A stretch of DNA of 64,000 bases from Azolla caroliniana. Lineage: Eukaryota > Plantae > Polypodiophyta. The DNA lies in assembly GCA_043228905.1 (NCBI GenBank), contig JBHGNT010000006.1, forward strand, positions 22,630,001 through 22,694,000. Direction: 5' to 3'. A program made the translations under genes and the position numbers. The notes below the pieces were generated by a model. That model had not been told where the DNA came from. It ran no database searches and saw nothing but the letters and a program-made list of their open reading frames with translations. Positions 34,887 through 49,360 of the stretch are shown here, in pieces (position 1 is the first letter of the stretch; each line of letters opens with the position of its first letter).

Positions 34887-35332
34887 TAGCAATCGGCAAC
34901 GGTTCGGTTTGAACTGAACCAAACCACGAAACCACGGCTTAACGGTTTCAACGGTTTGGTTCAGTTTCAACAGTAAGAAACCGCGGTTTAAACGGTTTAA
35001 TATTTAATATTTAATATTTTATTTTAAATATTTAAAAAAAGTTTTAAAAGTTTTAAAAATTTGTTTTTAAACAATCTTTTCATTTTTAGACCTTATTCTC
35101 ATATTTTAATGAAATATTATAAATTTTAAAATTAAAACTTGACCTATGTTGAAAACCGAAACCGAACCACGAAACCACGGTTTTTATGGTTTAATGGTTT
35201 GAAAAATGTTTAATGGTTTGGTTTAACGATTTTGTGGTTTGGTTTGGTTAAGGTTTCAAAAATTTTAAACGGTTCAATTCCAAACCGGTTCAGTTTGGAC
35301 CCTCTCAAACCAAACCGAACCGTCCAAGTGTG
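34887..35332. mobile_element. MITE with AACCG/CGGTT subterminal repeats (hAT-like)
   Basis: ACGGTTCGGTTTG ... CAAACCGAACCGT inverted ends around an AT-rich core; a related copy lies at ~62806-63020. Confidence 0.7.
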
Positions 35333-36592
35333 CTCATGGATACATTACATAGTTGTTTTGATAAATTACTCAATCTTTTTAATGATCCTTTTTTATGATG
35401 CATCCAAATTGACTTGCAAAAATATTTGGCCAAACTTATATTTCACCACTTTAAAATATTTGTAACATCATATTGCATTTTACATGTTTATTAGAGCAAA
35501 GAGCCTTCAGTTGGGTGGATGTAAGTTGTATTGTATCAGTAAATGTTGTTTCAAATAATATGTATTACATTATAAAAGACCCTTTAATAAAATTTCGTCT
35601 TTGTAATAAATCTATGCCCATACTCATAAACATTTCCTTGTGTTCTATGTGTAGAATGCCACCAAGCAACAACGCTATACATACAACATTCAACAAATAT
35701 TTCTAGATATGTTATGGATGACTTCCATAGGCATTTTGATGCTTCACAATCTACTCTACTCGAATATAGACTTGGTTGCATCAAGATGATGTTGGTTTTA
35801 CCTTCCAATTTGCACAACATACACCAACTTCACATAGAATATTTGTGATGCATGATGAATTCTTTTAGCATGAGTTACTTCATATCATAGTTCTATGAGA
35901 CTTGGAGTCTTCTAACCATTTCTCTGTATGCTTTGAATTCGGCAAGCATCTTTAGACATGTACAGATCTTTTGGAATGGGTGCTAAGAATGCGCTATGGC
36001 GATTCTTTGTGCAATAATGGACATGTGATGGGCATGACCGTTTAGGGTTCAAGAGAGAAGGAAGGGGGTAAAGAGACTCACCTCTATAGTAGCCCAAAAA
36101 CCTTCTGTTTCATTACTTAGAAAAACTCTCTCGTTTGTCTCCGTATTTTTTCTCTCACTCTCTTTTATACCTAAGTGTTGTTAGTGACTTACATATTCAA
36201 CTATTTAGCTATGAATAGCTAAATAGATGTTCATAGCTATTTTACCTATATTGTCTAACATCATCATTACAGTAGCTAATTTTCCTAATAGCTACTATGG
36301 AAGATCTTAGTTACCTTGTTGAGCTTGTTTCTCAACAATGGGCACCTAACAATTTAATTCTTCTTTATAACATTTTGAGTTTGATTTCTTCATAGAACAA
36401 ACTTTTGTAGTAGTTTTACAAGAAGTGGATATAATTGAATTAGAGGCATAGGGTTAAACACTACCAAATTTTAAGGTCATTCACACAATGTAAGGATTAA
36501 CAACATCCAATAATGACAATATTTACTTCAATAATTCTCACAAATTCTCCGGGGAATATTTGTAATATTGAATACTATTTATTGAGTTTGTA

Positions 36593-39369
36593 ATGGCATC
36601 GAAAGATAAAAAAGCAAAGAATACTGTATCAAATATTCCGCCGGGGACATTAGGCTCTTCGTCATCATGGTCGAGGTTCCCAATGTCCAGTTTGAAATTG
36701 GCGGTAGAAATATTTGATGGTACTGGCCATTTCGGCATGTGGCAAGGAGAGGTTTTAGACTCTCTTTTCTAGTAGGGTCTTGGTATTGTTATTAAAGAAA
36801 AGAAACCGGAAGAGGTAGAAGATAAAGATTGGAGCATCATTAATCAGTTGGCATGCAGAACAATTCGATCGTGCCTATCCAGAGAGCAAAAGTATGCTTT
36901 CAAGAACAAAACTTCTGCACACAAATTGTGGAAGGCATTGGAGGAAAACTTTCTGAAAGAAAGTGGTCAAAATAAGCTCCTTATGAAGAAGAGGTTACAT
37001 TTCGATTTGATTATAAACCAGGTACTACTATGAATGAACACATCACTATGTTTAATCAATTAGTAGGGGACTTGTTGAATTTAGATGTTAAATTTGAGGA
37101 TGAGGATCTAGCTTTGATGTTGGTATCATCTCTTCTTGATGAATTTGAACATTTGGAAACTACGTTACATCAAGGGAAAGAGAATGTGTCGTTAGATGCT
37201 ATTTGTTTTGCTTTATATAGTCATGAGTTGAGAAAGCAAGATAACACGAAAACTAAATCAACGACATCAGAAGAAGCATTGGTGGCAAGAGGTCGTCAGC
37301 AAAGCCCTACTAAGGGGAGAAGAGGAAGGTTCAAATCAAAAGGCCGAGTCGTTGCCAAAGATGAGTGTGCTTTCTTTCATGAGAAAGGGCTCTAGAAGAA
37401 AGACTGTCCGAAGTTGAAGAAGAAAGAGAAGAGTCCACAAGATGCAAATGTTGCAGAATGCAGAATTAATGCGGAATTAGATATTTCATTAGTGGTTATG
37501 CCTTCGATGTCATTACATCCAGATGAGTAGATATTGGATTCAAGTTGTACCTATCATAGGTGTCCTATTCGAGAAAGGTTCTTTGAATTTCAAGAACTCG
37601 ATGGTGGGGTTGTTTAAATGGGTAATGATAATCCATGTAAAACAATCGGTATAGGTTTGATGAAGCTCTGTAATCATGATGAATCCACAAGAATTTTGAG
37701 GGATGTCTAGTACGTGCCAAAGTTGAAGAAGTATCTCATCTCATTGGGGGCTCATGAATCTAAGGTCCTAGTAGTGATGATGCAAGATGGAGTTCTTAAG
37801 GTAACTTTAGGAGCACTGGTCATGTTGAAAGGCGTAAGGAAGAACAATTTGTAATATTACCAAGGTAGTACAGTGGTGGGGAAAATGGCAACAACAACTT
37901 CAAGTACCAAGAAAGACACTGAAGCAACAAAGTTGTGGCATATGCGGTTGGGAAGTCTTTGCAAATTCTTGCCAAGCAAGGATTGTTGAAAGGCACGAAG
38001 GCTTGCAAACTTGAATTTTGTGAGCATTGTGTTCTGGGAAAGCAACTGAGAGTGAAGTTTGGCACTACAATTCATAATACTAAGGGTATTTTGGATTATG
38101 TGAACTCAGATGTGTGGGGACCTGCAAGGACTTCCTCCATCGGAGGTACGCATGATTTTGTCACTTTTGTTGATGAATTTTCCAGAGAGTTTGGGTGTTT
38201 ACAATGAAGAACAAGGATGATGTGCTTGGAGTTTTCCTTAAGTGGAAAGCTCATGTTGAAAACTAGACAGGGAGAAAGATTAAGGTTCTCTAAACAAATA
38301 ATGGTGGAAAATACATAAGCGATCCATTTCTGGAAGTATGCCAAGATTGTGGCATAAATCGGCATTTCACCGTTTAAAGAAGAACACTACAATAGAATGG
38401 GGTGTAAGAGCATATGAACAAGACACTTGCGCAGAAAGTTTGTTGTATGCTGTCTAACGGTGGATTAGAAAAAGAAAATTGGACTAAGGCTCTGATGTAT
38501 GCTCATCATCTCGTCAATTGTTTGCCATCATTTGCTATAGGTGGCAAAACTCCATTAGAGGTATGGTTTAGAAAACCTGCAATTGATTATGATACTTTGC
38601 ATGTTTTGGGTTCTACTTCATATTATCTTGTGACTAAATCAAAGTTGGATCCACGAGCAAATAAGGCTCTTATCATGGACTTCAATGTTGGAGTGACGGG
38701 ATACTGTTTGTGGTGTCTTGAGACAAAGAAGATGAGTATCAATAGAGATGTTACCTTTCATGAATCTGCCATGTTGAACAAGGGAAAAACTGAACTATAT
38801 TTGGATACAAGTGGAGGGTATTCCGAAGCAAGTGGAGTTTGAGCAAATAATTGTGACCCCAAGGCAAAGCACCACCAATGAATCTCCTATGGTAGAAGAA
38901 GTGTCAGATGAGGAAGAGTTTCCAACCCAATGATGCTAACCAAGGTGGTTACAAGGGCCAAGTTTGAGCATTGTTTAGACTTGGTTAATATCTTGCACAT
39001 CTAAAGTTGGCGCCTCATGGGGCAAATTTGGAAGCACCGCAAAGACTGTTTTACTATTTATTTGTTTGAGAAGATTTGTATTTGGTAGGATAAGAGATTG
39101 GGCCAAGGTGGAGATTTCTTGACTTTTGGCCCATTTTATCCCACATCAGAAATGGGGGATTTGGGGAGGTGGTTTGAGAGTTATAAATAAGCTCCTCTAC
39201 CTCTTAGTTTTATGATCCCAAATTCCCAATCTTGTATTCTTTGCTCCCACTTTTAATAGAGCAAGCTACTTTGGAGGATGTAGGCTTAATTGGTCGAACC
39301 TCGTTAAATTCAGGTTTGTTTTTTTCTTTTTACTCTATTTAATAGCTTTATTTTTGGTCTTTTGCAACA
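36593..39369 (+). mobile_element. Ty1/Copia (Tnt1/Tork-like) remnant: gag-PR-INT, RT deleted, RNase H tip, PPT and 3' LTR (39117-39369); no 5' LTR found
   Basis: LAVEIFDGTGHFGMWQGEV gag, EDLALMLVSSL, degenerate ILDSSCTYH protease, CEHCVLGKQ...DYVNSDVWGP, KLDPRA. Jumps at ~38930 to MLTKVVTRAKFEHCLDLVNI. PPT GCCAAGGTGGAGATT. Confidence 0.9.
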
Positions 39370-39439
39370 ATAACTTGACTACCATAATTAAAACATCACA
39401 GAGAAAGTTGACCTTATAATTGACATGGAGTTTTTTTTT

Positions 39440-39830
39440 TCAACCAAAATATTAACAAGATCAAGATTGGCCTCTTTTTGGATGTGGAAGATTTCTAATT
39501 CTAATTTTAGCCAATGTCAAGTACTAATTGTACTTTCAAGCACATGTTTGTGACTTGTTCAATGTTATTCTTGATCTCCCCTCAAATATTCATCTTCATC
39601 CAATGTTCCATGTGGAGCTGTATACGTTTAGAACTTTATTCTAGATTGTGTTGTTCCTCCCCAAGTTCCAATTAAACGTGTTGATGGTTTGGTGCATTCC
39701 TAGTGATTAAGCTTGGGAACTCATTGAGAATCTTTCTAATTCCCTAGTTGTTGTCAATAAACTTCAATGACGACATCCAAACAAGCCAAGTTGTAGTTTG
39801 TACATTGTTGAAATAAGGGGGATGGTCATG
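39440..39830 (+). mobile_element. Chromovirus 3' fragment (integrase GPY/F region, chromodomain, PPT)
   Basis: LDLPSNIHLHPMFHVEL, SWELIENLSN...RHPNKP, then purine tract AAGGGGGATGG. Confidence 0.6.
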
Positions 39831-39854
39831 CATTTTTTGGATTCAGTTTGAAGA

Positions 39855-42800
39855 CATCTCCACTCTAATAGGGAGAAGTTGGATAGAAACAACTTTGCAT
39901 CTTGGGAGTACAAGATGCACCAATACCTTGTCAGCCAAGGCTATTAGAGCTACATCAAAGGAGCACAAGAAAATCGACTCGACCCAACGACTCCCGAATA
40001 CTCAATGTGAGAGCAAGCTGCAAGTTGCAAGCCGAGTGATGTATTGCTTGGCAATATGTGTCCATGACCACATGCTCGGCTACATTCAAGAAGCCAAGAG
40101 GCCGAAAGGAGCTTGGGAGAATGTCAAGAAGATATTCGCCGCCAATACGACGACATGAAAGCTTCAACTCCGCCAAGAGTTGAATAACATCCAAAAAAGG
40201 GATATGTCCATCACAAGCTACACCTTGAAGATCAAGGAGCTCTCTGACTCACTCAGCTCAATAAGCGTCAACGTGGAGGATGATGAGATGGTGCAAATAT
40301 GCATCGGCCACCTCGAACCACAGTTCGACGCAATGAGAACCGCTATCCTAGCAAGGGAGAATCCTCCCTCTTTCTTCAATCTTCAATTGATGTTGTTGGT
40401 TGAAGAATACCATGTTTGAACAAGGAGCAACGCCTCAGAAGGTCACATGCTCTGTTCACACTCGGACAGAGGAAGAGGAGGCGGTCGAGCAAGATGAGGC
40501 CGATTCAGTTAAGGATGAGGTGGACGAGGTCTGACCTATGAAAATAACTCCCAATTTCAGCAAGAAAACGGAAACAATAGAGGAACATTCGGAAGAAGGG
40601 GGAGCTTCCCTGCTGATCCAAGCCAACAAAACTCAATCGAAATGCGGATATTGCGGCAAGATCTGCCGCCACGAAGAAGAGTGCCGAAAGAAGAAGCGTG
40701 AATAGGCTTCCACACATTGACAACTCACCAATTACGCCACCAACTCCGACTATGAAGACCATGACAGAATGTTCGTGATGAGACATAGAGAAAACTCTAT
40801 GTCGGGGTCTACTTCGACTAGTGGCTCAATTTCGGAAGACGTATGGTTCGTCGACTCCGGTGCTTCAAATCATATGACATCTCATGAAGAATGGTTCTGA
40901 GACTTATGAGAGCCGGATCGACCTGACTATGTCAAAACTGGAGACAACAGTACTCATCCGATTTGGCATATCGACAATGTCCCATTTGGGAAAGAAGGTG
41001 AACGAACTTGCATAAAAAACGTCTTACATGTACCGACCATAATGAAGAATTTGATCTCAGTTGGCCAAATTGTTGAGAAAGGAATTCAAGTTTGATTCAA
41101 CCAAGGTGGTTGCTCATCGAGAAGGAAGGTTGACTCATTGCCTGTGGTCGAAGGGAAGGAAAAATGTTTATCCTCGAGCCAAACGAGGTAAAATCAGTCA
41201 TGTTTGCAAAGGGCCTCAAAGCCGACACCGACATAGAGTTGTGGCACAAGAGGATTGGCCACATCAATCTAAATAAATTGAAGGTGATGCCATCGAATAG
41301 AGTCATCATCAGGCTCCCGATCTTCAAAGATAAGCAGATTGAAGGCATATGTGCAGCCTGCCAATTCGGCAAGCAACACCAACACCCGTTCCCGAAAGAG
41401 AGGAACGTAAGCAAAGGCCTACTGGATGTATTTCATTCTGATTTATGGGGATCAACTCAGATGACTACATTCGGCGGATGGTGATATTATGTGACCTTTA
41501 TCGAAGACTTCTCCAGGCACACTCGGATCTACCCCATGCGGCAAAAGAGCGAAGTGTTCAAACACTTCCAAAAATTTAAGAATGAAGTTGAGAAAGCCAC
41601 AGGTTGGCATGTTAGATGTCTTTAGTAAGATGGAGGCAAGGAATACTTCTATGATGCATTCACGACATACCTTCGACAAGAAGGAGTCCGACAAGAATTT
41701 TCGTGTCGGCGTACGCCGCAATAGAACGGAGTGGCCGAACGCAAAAATCAGCACATCCTTGAAGTAGCACGGGCCATGCTAAATGAGAAGTACATGCCAA
41801 AGTCATATTGGGGTGAAGTAGCAAATACTGTCGTCTACCTCATGAACCGATGCACAACATCCCGAGTGTATGAACTTACCCCGCACGAGAAGTACTATGG
41901 AAAGAAACCAGATCTATCCCATGTAAAGATATTTGGCTCACTTGCATATGTGCACATTCCCGATGAAAAATGGCAAAAGTTAGATCCCAAGTTGGAGAAG
42001 TGTATCCTCGTAGGATACTCACCGGAGCAAAAGGGGTACAAGTGCTTCAACCCCTCCACTCGGAAGGTTCATGAAATTTGGGATGTCATTTTTGATGAAT
42101 CAACATCATGGTATGAACCTGAGCTGACTCCTCCCGAACCATTTCCAGTCGATCCGAACTTGGCCAACCAAGAGATAGAAGATGAAGACCAATTGAGGCA
42201 TATGTTTGAAGAAGTCCGATCACGACCAGGCTCAGTGGGCCACAAGAGCCCCCGAGCGACTAAAGCACATCTTGGCCAAGTTCGAAGATGGACAAAGGTA
42301 AGGCCAAAATGCCGGAATATGAAGACAATCAATTCGACGACAATGAATCGGCTCACTCACGCAACAATGAGCTTGATGACTTTGATGTGCCTCTTATGAG
42401 GTCACCCAGAGTTAAGAAAGCACGCACCTCGGCAAATGGAAAACTTCAACGCTCCACCCGTGAGAAGAATCCGGTTAGTCGATTCGGCTACAATGACTAT
42501 ATGACATACCACTATGCCTTCATGATGAAGGTGGCAACAGTTCGAGAACCGGAAATTTTTTCTGAGGCATCAAAGAATCCACGATGGGTCGAAGCAATGA
42601 ACGAGGAGATGCGGGCATTATGCAAGAACGAGACATGGGATCTCATTTCCCACTCACCACACAAAAAGGCGTTCGGTTGCAGGTGGATTTACAAAGTGAA
42701 GTATAATGTTGACGGCCCTGTCAACTGCCACAAAGCCTGACTCGTAGCGAAAGGATACGCACAAACACGTGGAGTTGATTATGAAGAGACATTTTCCCCA

Positions 42801-44183
42801 GCGGAAAAGATGACGATTGTGCAGATTGTGATTGCACTTGTGACAGCGAAAGGGTGGCACATCCATCAAATGGATGTCAAGAATGCCTTTCTTCAAGGCG
42901 AATTAGAAGAGTTGTACATGGTACAATCACCCGGCTTCGAATCTAGCATTCATCCAAAAATTGTTTGCCGACTAAAGAAGCCATTCTACGGCCTTAAACA
43001 AGCACACAATATTTTCATTGAATCGACTTCGAAATGTTTAAATACGACAACTCTCTCTATGTTAGAAGAGATTCTGGAAGTCCGATTGTCATCATCCTAT
43101 ACATGGTTGATCTGGTCATTGGAGGTGAAAGTCTAGTCAACATCAACAAGGTCAAGTCCGTCCTCTCCAGCAAATTCGAGATAACGGACATGAAAGAACT
43201 CCATTACTTCCTTGGCATTGAGGTAGTTCGGACTCCAACCAACATTATGATCTCCCAACGGCACTACATCCTCAACTTGTTATACAAGTTCGGGATGAAT
43301 GAGTGAAAATCTATGACAACCCCTCTCGATTGAAACCTCAAACTGGATGTTGACTCAATATCGACAACTAATTGGGAGCCTCATCTATCTCACAATCACT
43401 CAACCCGACCTCAACTACCTCGTCGGTCTCCTTAGCCAATTTATGCAAAAACCATATGACATTCACTTGGATTGTGCTAAGTGAGTGTTACAATACATGA
43501 GCAGCACGATGGATTCTGGCATTCTCTACAAATCGGCCACACCAATTCGATTCGAGGGGTACACAGATGCCGACTGGGCCGGTGATAGAATTGACCGACG
43601 ATCGACCTCCGGATTTGTTTTCTCCCTCTACAGTGGAGCAATATCTTGGAGTAGTAAGAAGTAGCCAATCGTCGCTCTTTCGAGCATAGAGGCTGAATAC
43701 AAGGGCGCGGTTGTGGCTACCTGTGAAGCCGTATGGCTGAAGAGAATCTTGAAGGATTTGGGCATTCCCATCAAGGATCCGATTCCCCTTTACTGCAACA
43801 ACATGAGTTATGTATTTATCTGGCTCGGAACCTGGTGTTCCACGCACGCATGAAGCATATCGAAGTGCACTATCACTTCGTTCGAGAGTGCGTTCAGGCG
43901 GGAGATGTCGACCTATTGGTAAACATGTCCTTCTGGATGGGATTCAGGTGATAACCGGACGAACCGGATCGGAGGAGCCAAAGGAAAGAACCGGACCGGA
44001 TTGGATATGGATGATATCTGGAAGCTGGATCGGATGAATCTGGTTGGTATTTGGTCAGACATTAGTTTATGTATATGTTTTGATGTGACTATTTCAGGTC
44101 ATATTTGTAAATAGCCTCAAAGTTATATATGTATAAATATAACTAGGGTAACATTGTTTTTAGTTGTTGATATAGTGAAGTTG

Positions 44184-44247
<64 letters not shown>

Positions 44248-45805
44248 TTTTTATGTTGTAACCGCTTGTTAGCAAAGATACAAAGCTCGAGGTCGTTGCC
44301 TCTGAGTCTCATTCTGTTGTACCTCTTCTCTCATAGTGATAGTTGGAGTCTGTGGGCTCTCGTGGTTTATTCTGCATTAGGGTTTTTCCACATTAACATC
44401 TAATGTCGTATCTTTTATCTCGTCAAGTACATTGCTATTTTCTGTTTATTTGTTCCATTGTGTGTTTGAGACTTGGTTGTGGCCGAGCACTATTACTATC
44501 AATTTGGTATCAGAGCATGGAAGATCCATTCGGCAGGATGTTCAAGCTCACCAACTCCAACTACCCAGTTTGGAAATCGAAGATGAAGGACATGTTAGTG
44601 ATAGTGATCAAAGATCTCTGGTTGCCGGTACAGTTTGGAGACAAAAGACCGGACAAATTAGATGCCGCGACCTGGGAGGTGATGTGACATACATAAGATG
44701 CTTCATTGACATGAGCCTGTACAAGAACTTCAACGAAGAAAGTAAGGCTCATGTGCTCTGGGAGAAAACCAGTACCATGCTAGAGAGTAAAAACGTTGTG
44801 AATCGGGTCTTAGTATTCTGGAAGTTTGTAAGACTCCAATACCAAGACTGATCTAGTATGGCGGAGCACATGAATGCCTTCTAGGGGCTGATAAACCAAA
44901 CAACCTCATTGGAAGTACCTCTAGCTGACGAGGTACTCGCATTGCTGTTGTTCGGTTCCCTCCTGGATAGTTGGGAGACACTAGTTGTCACCTTGGGCAA
45001 TGCCGGGCCAGAAGGAAAACATCTATCCCTAGCAAGGGTAAAATCAAGCTTGTTGGATGAAGAAGCTCGTTGGATGAAGAAGCTCGTTGGAAGGATGGGG
45101 AGACTAGAACCGATCCAAAGGCCTTGGTTACGGAAGATGAAAATAACCAGGGAAAAGGCCGGAATCGGAGTCCCCAGAACTAGGACAAATCAGGGACGAG
45201 GTCGAAGTCAAGGGGGAGGCCCACCTGCTTCTACTGTGGGAAGCCGGGGCATTTCCAGAAGAATTTCCGACACTTCCGGAAAGCCAAAGGGGGAGCCGAC
45301 AGTCCGGAACCGAAGAAGATTTCAGAGAGTATGGACCGGTAAAGACGTGTCTTACCGGCACATGAAGGTGTTCGGCTATCTTGCCTACGTACATGTAGCA
45401 AAGGACAAGAGAGTGAAATTGGATCCAAAGTCCTGGCCATGCATATTCCTTGGATACGGTGATGATGAGTTCGGCTATCGAGCGTGGGACTTGGTCAACA
45501 AGAAGGTTTTCCGGAGTCGAGACATAGTCTTCATGGAAGATAAGACCATTGCTGATTGGGAGTTGGAGAAGAAGATAATGGACTCCGGGTCGATCGAGAG
45601 AAATCAGTTGGAAGATGTTAGGACACATCCAGTTGGAAGCCGGATGTTAGCTGAAGACCATGATGAACTAGCCGGAATCGAACAAAGAACCGAATCAACC
45701 AAAGAAGAAGAGTTGGACATCGGAACCAGACAAGACCCTGAATCAAATTGAGATGAAGAACAGATGGAGGAGTTGGTGGTCAGAAACCAAGGACGGAGAT
45801 AGCCT

Positions 45806-45843
<38 letters not shown>

Positions 45844-47738
45844 CCCCCCCCCTGGAGATTTCCGGATGTAGAGCATGTCTTATTGACCGACAAGGGGGAG
45901 CCGGAAAGCTTCAAAGAAGCAAAGAAAGACACCAACAACCGCAAATGGTGAGGTGCCATGTAGGATGAGATGGATTCCCTACATGAGAATCACACATATG
46001 AATTGATGAAGCTGCCGAAAGGAAAGAGAGCGCTCCAGAACAAGTGGGTGTACAAGCTGAAACCGGGAGATGCCAGAAATCCACCGAGATACAAAGACCG
46101 CATTGTGGTGAAGGGCTTCCAGCAGAAGAAATGAGTGGATTTCGATGAGATCTTCACCCTGGTAGTGAAGATGACATCCATCCAGACGGTGTTGAGCATA
46201 GTGGTAATCATGGACCTCGAGGTAGAGAAACTAGATGTCAAGACGTCCTTTCTACATGGAGACCTCGAAGAAGATATCTACATGCAACAACTGGAAGGAT
46301 TTGTCAAGAAAGGGAAGGAGAACCTGGTGTGCCGGTTGAAGAAGAGCTTATACAGATTGAAGCAAACTCCCCGACAATGGTACCGGAAGTTCGACTCCTT
46401 CATGACCAACCACAGATACCACAAGATGCAAGCCGACCACTGCATGTTTGTGAAGAAGTTCGAAGGAGGAGATTTTCTAATACTCCTGCTATACATGGAC
46501 GACATGTTGATCATCGGACCGGACCAAATCAAAATCGGGAATCTAAAGAAGGCCTTGAACCGAACCTTCTCGATGAAAGATTTGGGTCCGGCGAGACAGA
46601 TATTGGGGATGCACATAGTCCGGAACCGAACGAAGAAGCTATTGTGGTTGTCACAGGAGAAGTACGTGACAAAGGTGCTCCAACGATTCAACATGACGAA
46701 TGCAAAGCCGGCCGGGTCAACACTTCCGGCTAATTCCAAGCTATCTAGGAAACAAAGTTTGAAGACAAAGACGGAGAAGTTGGGGATGATGATGGTACCA
46801 TATGCCTCTGCCATCGGAAACTTGATGTATGCAATGGTGTGTACCCAGCCGGATATTGGATATGCGATCGAAGTGGTCAGTCGGTTCATGAGCAATCTGT
46901 GAAGAGGACACTAGGATGTTGTCAAGTGGATACTCAGGTACCTGAAAGGAACCTCGAGCACGTGTCTCCGATTTGGCTCAGGTAAACCCCAACTGGAAGG
47001 TTTTACGGATTTAGACATGTCGGCTAATGCGGATGCCAACCGGTCTACATCTGGATATGTCATGGCATATGCAGGGGGAGCCGTATCGTGGTAGTTGAGG
47101 CTACAAAAGTCCGTTGCTCTGTCAACAATGGAAGCGAAATACATGGCAGTTGTAGAAGCCAACAAAGAGGTAATTTGCATGAATGACTTCATCGGAGAGC
47201 TAGGGATCTGAGAAGAGGAATTCCAGGTCTATTGTGACTGTCAAAGTGCCATCCACCTCGCGAAGAACGCGACCTACCATTCCCAGACCAAGCACATCTA
47301 GAGGAGATACCATTGGCTCCAGGAGAAAGTAGAAGATAAAGAGTTTTTGCTGACAAAGATACACACGGAGGAGAACGGGTCGGACATGCTAACAAAGTGT
47401 TGTCAACCAACAAGCAAGAACTGTGTCGGAGACAGATCAGACTGACGAGACATCCCATGCTCGAGTGAAGGGGGAGTTTGTTGGGAAATAGGTCCCTTCG
47501 GATGGGATCTGGGTGAGAATCGAACGAGCCGAAGGAAAGGACCGGACCAGAATGGATAGATCTGGATGATATCCGGAAACGGGATCAGATAGATCCGTTT
47601 GGTATCCGGTCAAACATTAGTTTATGTATATGTTCCAATGTGACTGTTTCAGGTCATATTTGTAAATAGCCCCAAAGTTATATATGTATAAATATAACTA
47701 GGGCAACACTGTTTTTAGTTCTTGATATAGTGAAGTTG

Positions 47739-47820
<82 letters not shown>

Positions 47821-48350
47821 TAGACAAAAAGCTTTTTTTGTTGTAATCGCCTGTTTGCGAAGATAAAGAGCTCGAGGTCGTTGCCTCTGAGTCTCATTTT
47901 GTTGTACTCCATCTCTCATAGTGATAGTTGGAGTCTGTGGGCTCTCGTGGTTTTTTCCCGATTAGGGTTTTTCCACGTTAACATCTGGTGTCGTCTCTTC
48001 TATCTTGCCAAGTGCATTGCTATTTTCTATTTATTTCTTCCATAGTGTGTTTGAGACGTGGTTGTGGCCGAGCACTGCTATCAAGACCTTCAACACATCA
48101 ACATGAATATTCAGACAACCAACATCTTCACCAAAGCCCGAGGAGCCAACAAGCTTTGGCAATTCATGTAAGACCTTGGATTGATGATCCCTGACTTGCC
48201 AAGCTTGAGGGGGAGTACAAGCGAGAACCGGATACTGTCTGAACCAGACATCAAACAAGAGAGAATTGGATACCAGCCACGCAGACATCAACCGAAAGGA
48301 ACCGGCCCGAGTTTAGCTGCAGGGGTGTGTTGAGAATCAACCTCAACCTA
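39855..48350 (+). mobile_element. Ty1/Copia element A (gag-PR-INT-RT-RH, decayed), 5' LTR lost, interrupted in RNase H by element B; PPT then 3' LTR start TGTTGAGAATC at 48328
   Basis: GEKLDRNNFASWEYKMHQYL gag, WFVDSGASNHMT, LWHKRIGHIN/CAACQFGKQH, AERKNQHILEVARAML, QMDVKNAFLQGEL, FHARMKHIEVHYHFVRE...DVD|LQHINMNIQTTNIFTKA across the insertion. Confidence 0.92.
43914..48083 (+). mobile_element. Ty1/Copia element B (Tnt1/Tork-like) nested in A; lacks protease and integrase core
   Basis: LTRs 43914-44501 and 47479-48083, both with an (AG)n tract. TSD CGACC/AGACC. PBS TGGTATCAGAGC at 44505-44516 directly before ATG 44517. PPT GAAGGGGGAG at ~47467. RT motifs LDVKTSFLHG and LLYMDDML. Confidence 0.95.
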
Positions 48351-49068
48351 GCCTTGTGTGTGAACACACCCTTTGAGAATCTATACGCACTTAAAGGTCA
48401 AAAGTCACTACTGCTCTCTATACATTAATTATGTGTCATAAAAATCATATTCTATGACACATAACTAATAAGTTCCAAATTACCCATGACTAATGAGTCT
48501 TCACATTCCCCAAGGTTTTAGAGAGAAACTGGGTGTTGTAGTGAGTTAATGAAGAGAGAGGGTGACCTTATATAAAGCACCCTCCTCCTATCTCATAAAG
48601 TGTTAGTTGTCTTCCCTTGTAATGCGACATTTTTGTAATTGATATTCTCCTTGTTAATATACATCTTCATTTTCTCTCATTTATCTATCTCGTGTTTTCT
48701 CTTCTCTCACACACACATAACACACATCTCTTCTACTACACAGAATCATATCCGATTCTTTACAGTTTCCTTGTATATACCTGATATATATATATATATA
48801 TATATATGCTTATGTATATGTTTATTTATATGTCAATGTGCAAGGTATATATGTATGAATGAAATTTGTATATCTTATTGTGTGTGCGTTGCATGCATTC
48901 GTACACAATCAAATATACACATTTCATTCGTATGTCAACGATGGGTGAATGCAATAGTAGGCATGAGCTCCAACAACAACAATTGCCGGTCTGGTAGCAA
49001 GTGAGGTCAATGGGAACTATTGTTGCAAAAGCTGATTAAATTCCCTTCCTCGATTGAGAGGAAAACTA

Positions 49069-49360
49069 GTGTCACGAGCCTTCCTCGAAGCTTGTAGAAA
49101 GGGGAAGTTGGAGTCACAAGGTTTCCTTGAATCTCAAGGGAAGGCACGTTTCCATGTGGCTTCAAGAAAAGGGCTTAACAAAGACTTCCTCAAAGGAATG
49201 GTCAAGACCTTCCTTCAAAGAAATTTATTTTCTAGTATCTTCAAAGTTAGCTTCCTTCATTGGATGTCATCCTCAGTTGTGGTGACTAGTTCAACTCCCA
49301 TCATTCGAAAATTCATTTTCATTCCATTAGTTAAGAATCATGTTCTAGAAAATCCATCAT
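49069..49360 (+). mobile_element. Possible Gypsy-type LTR fragment
   Basis: Purine-rich GAGAGGAAAAC followed by TGTCACGAGCC; internally repetitive. No partner LTR seen. Confidence 0.3.

Noticed and set aside
46278-46895. Long antisense ORFs overlapping Copia pol (also 45128-45628)
   Set aside because: Shadow ORFs of the TE coding strand, with no independent motif.
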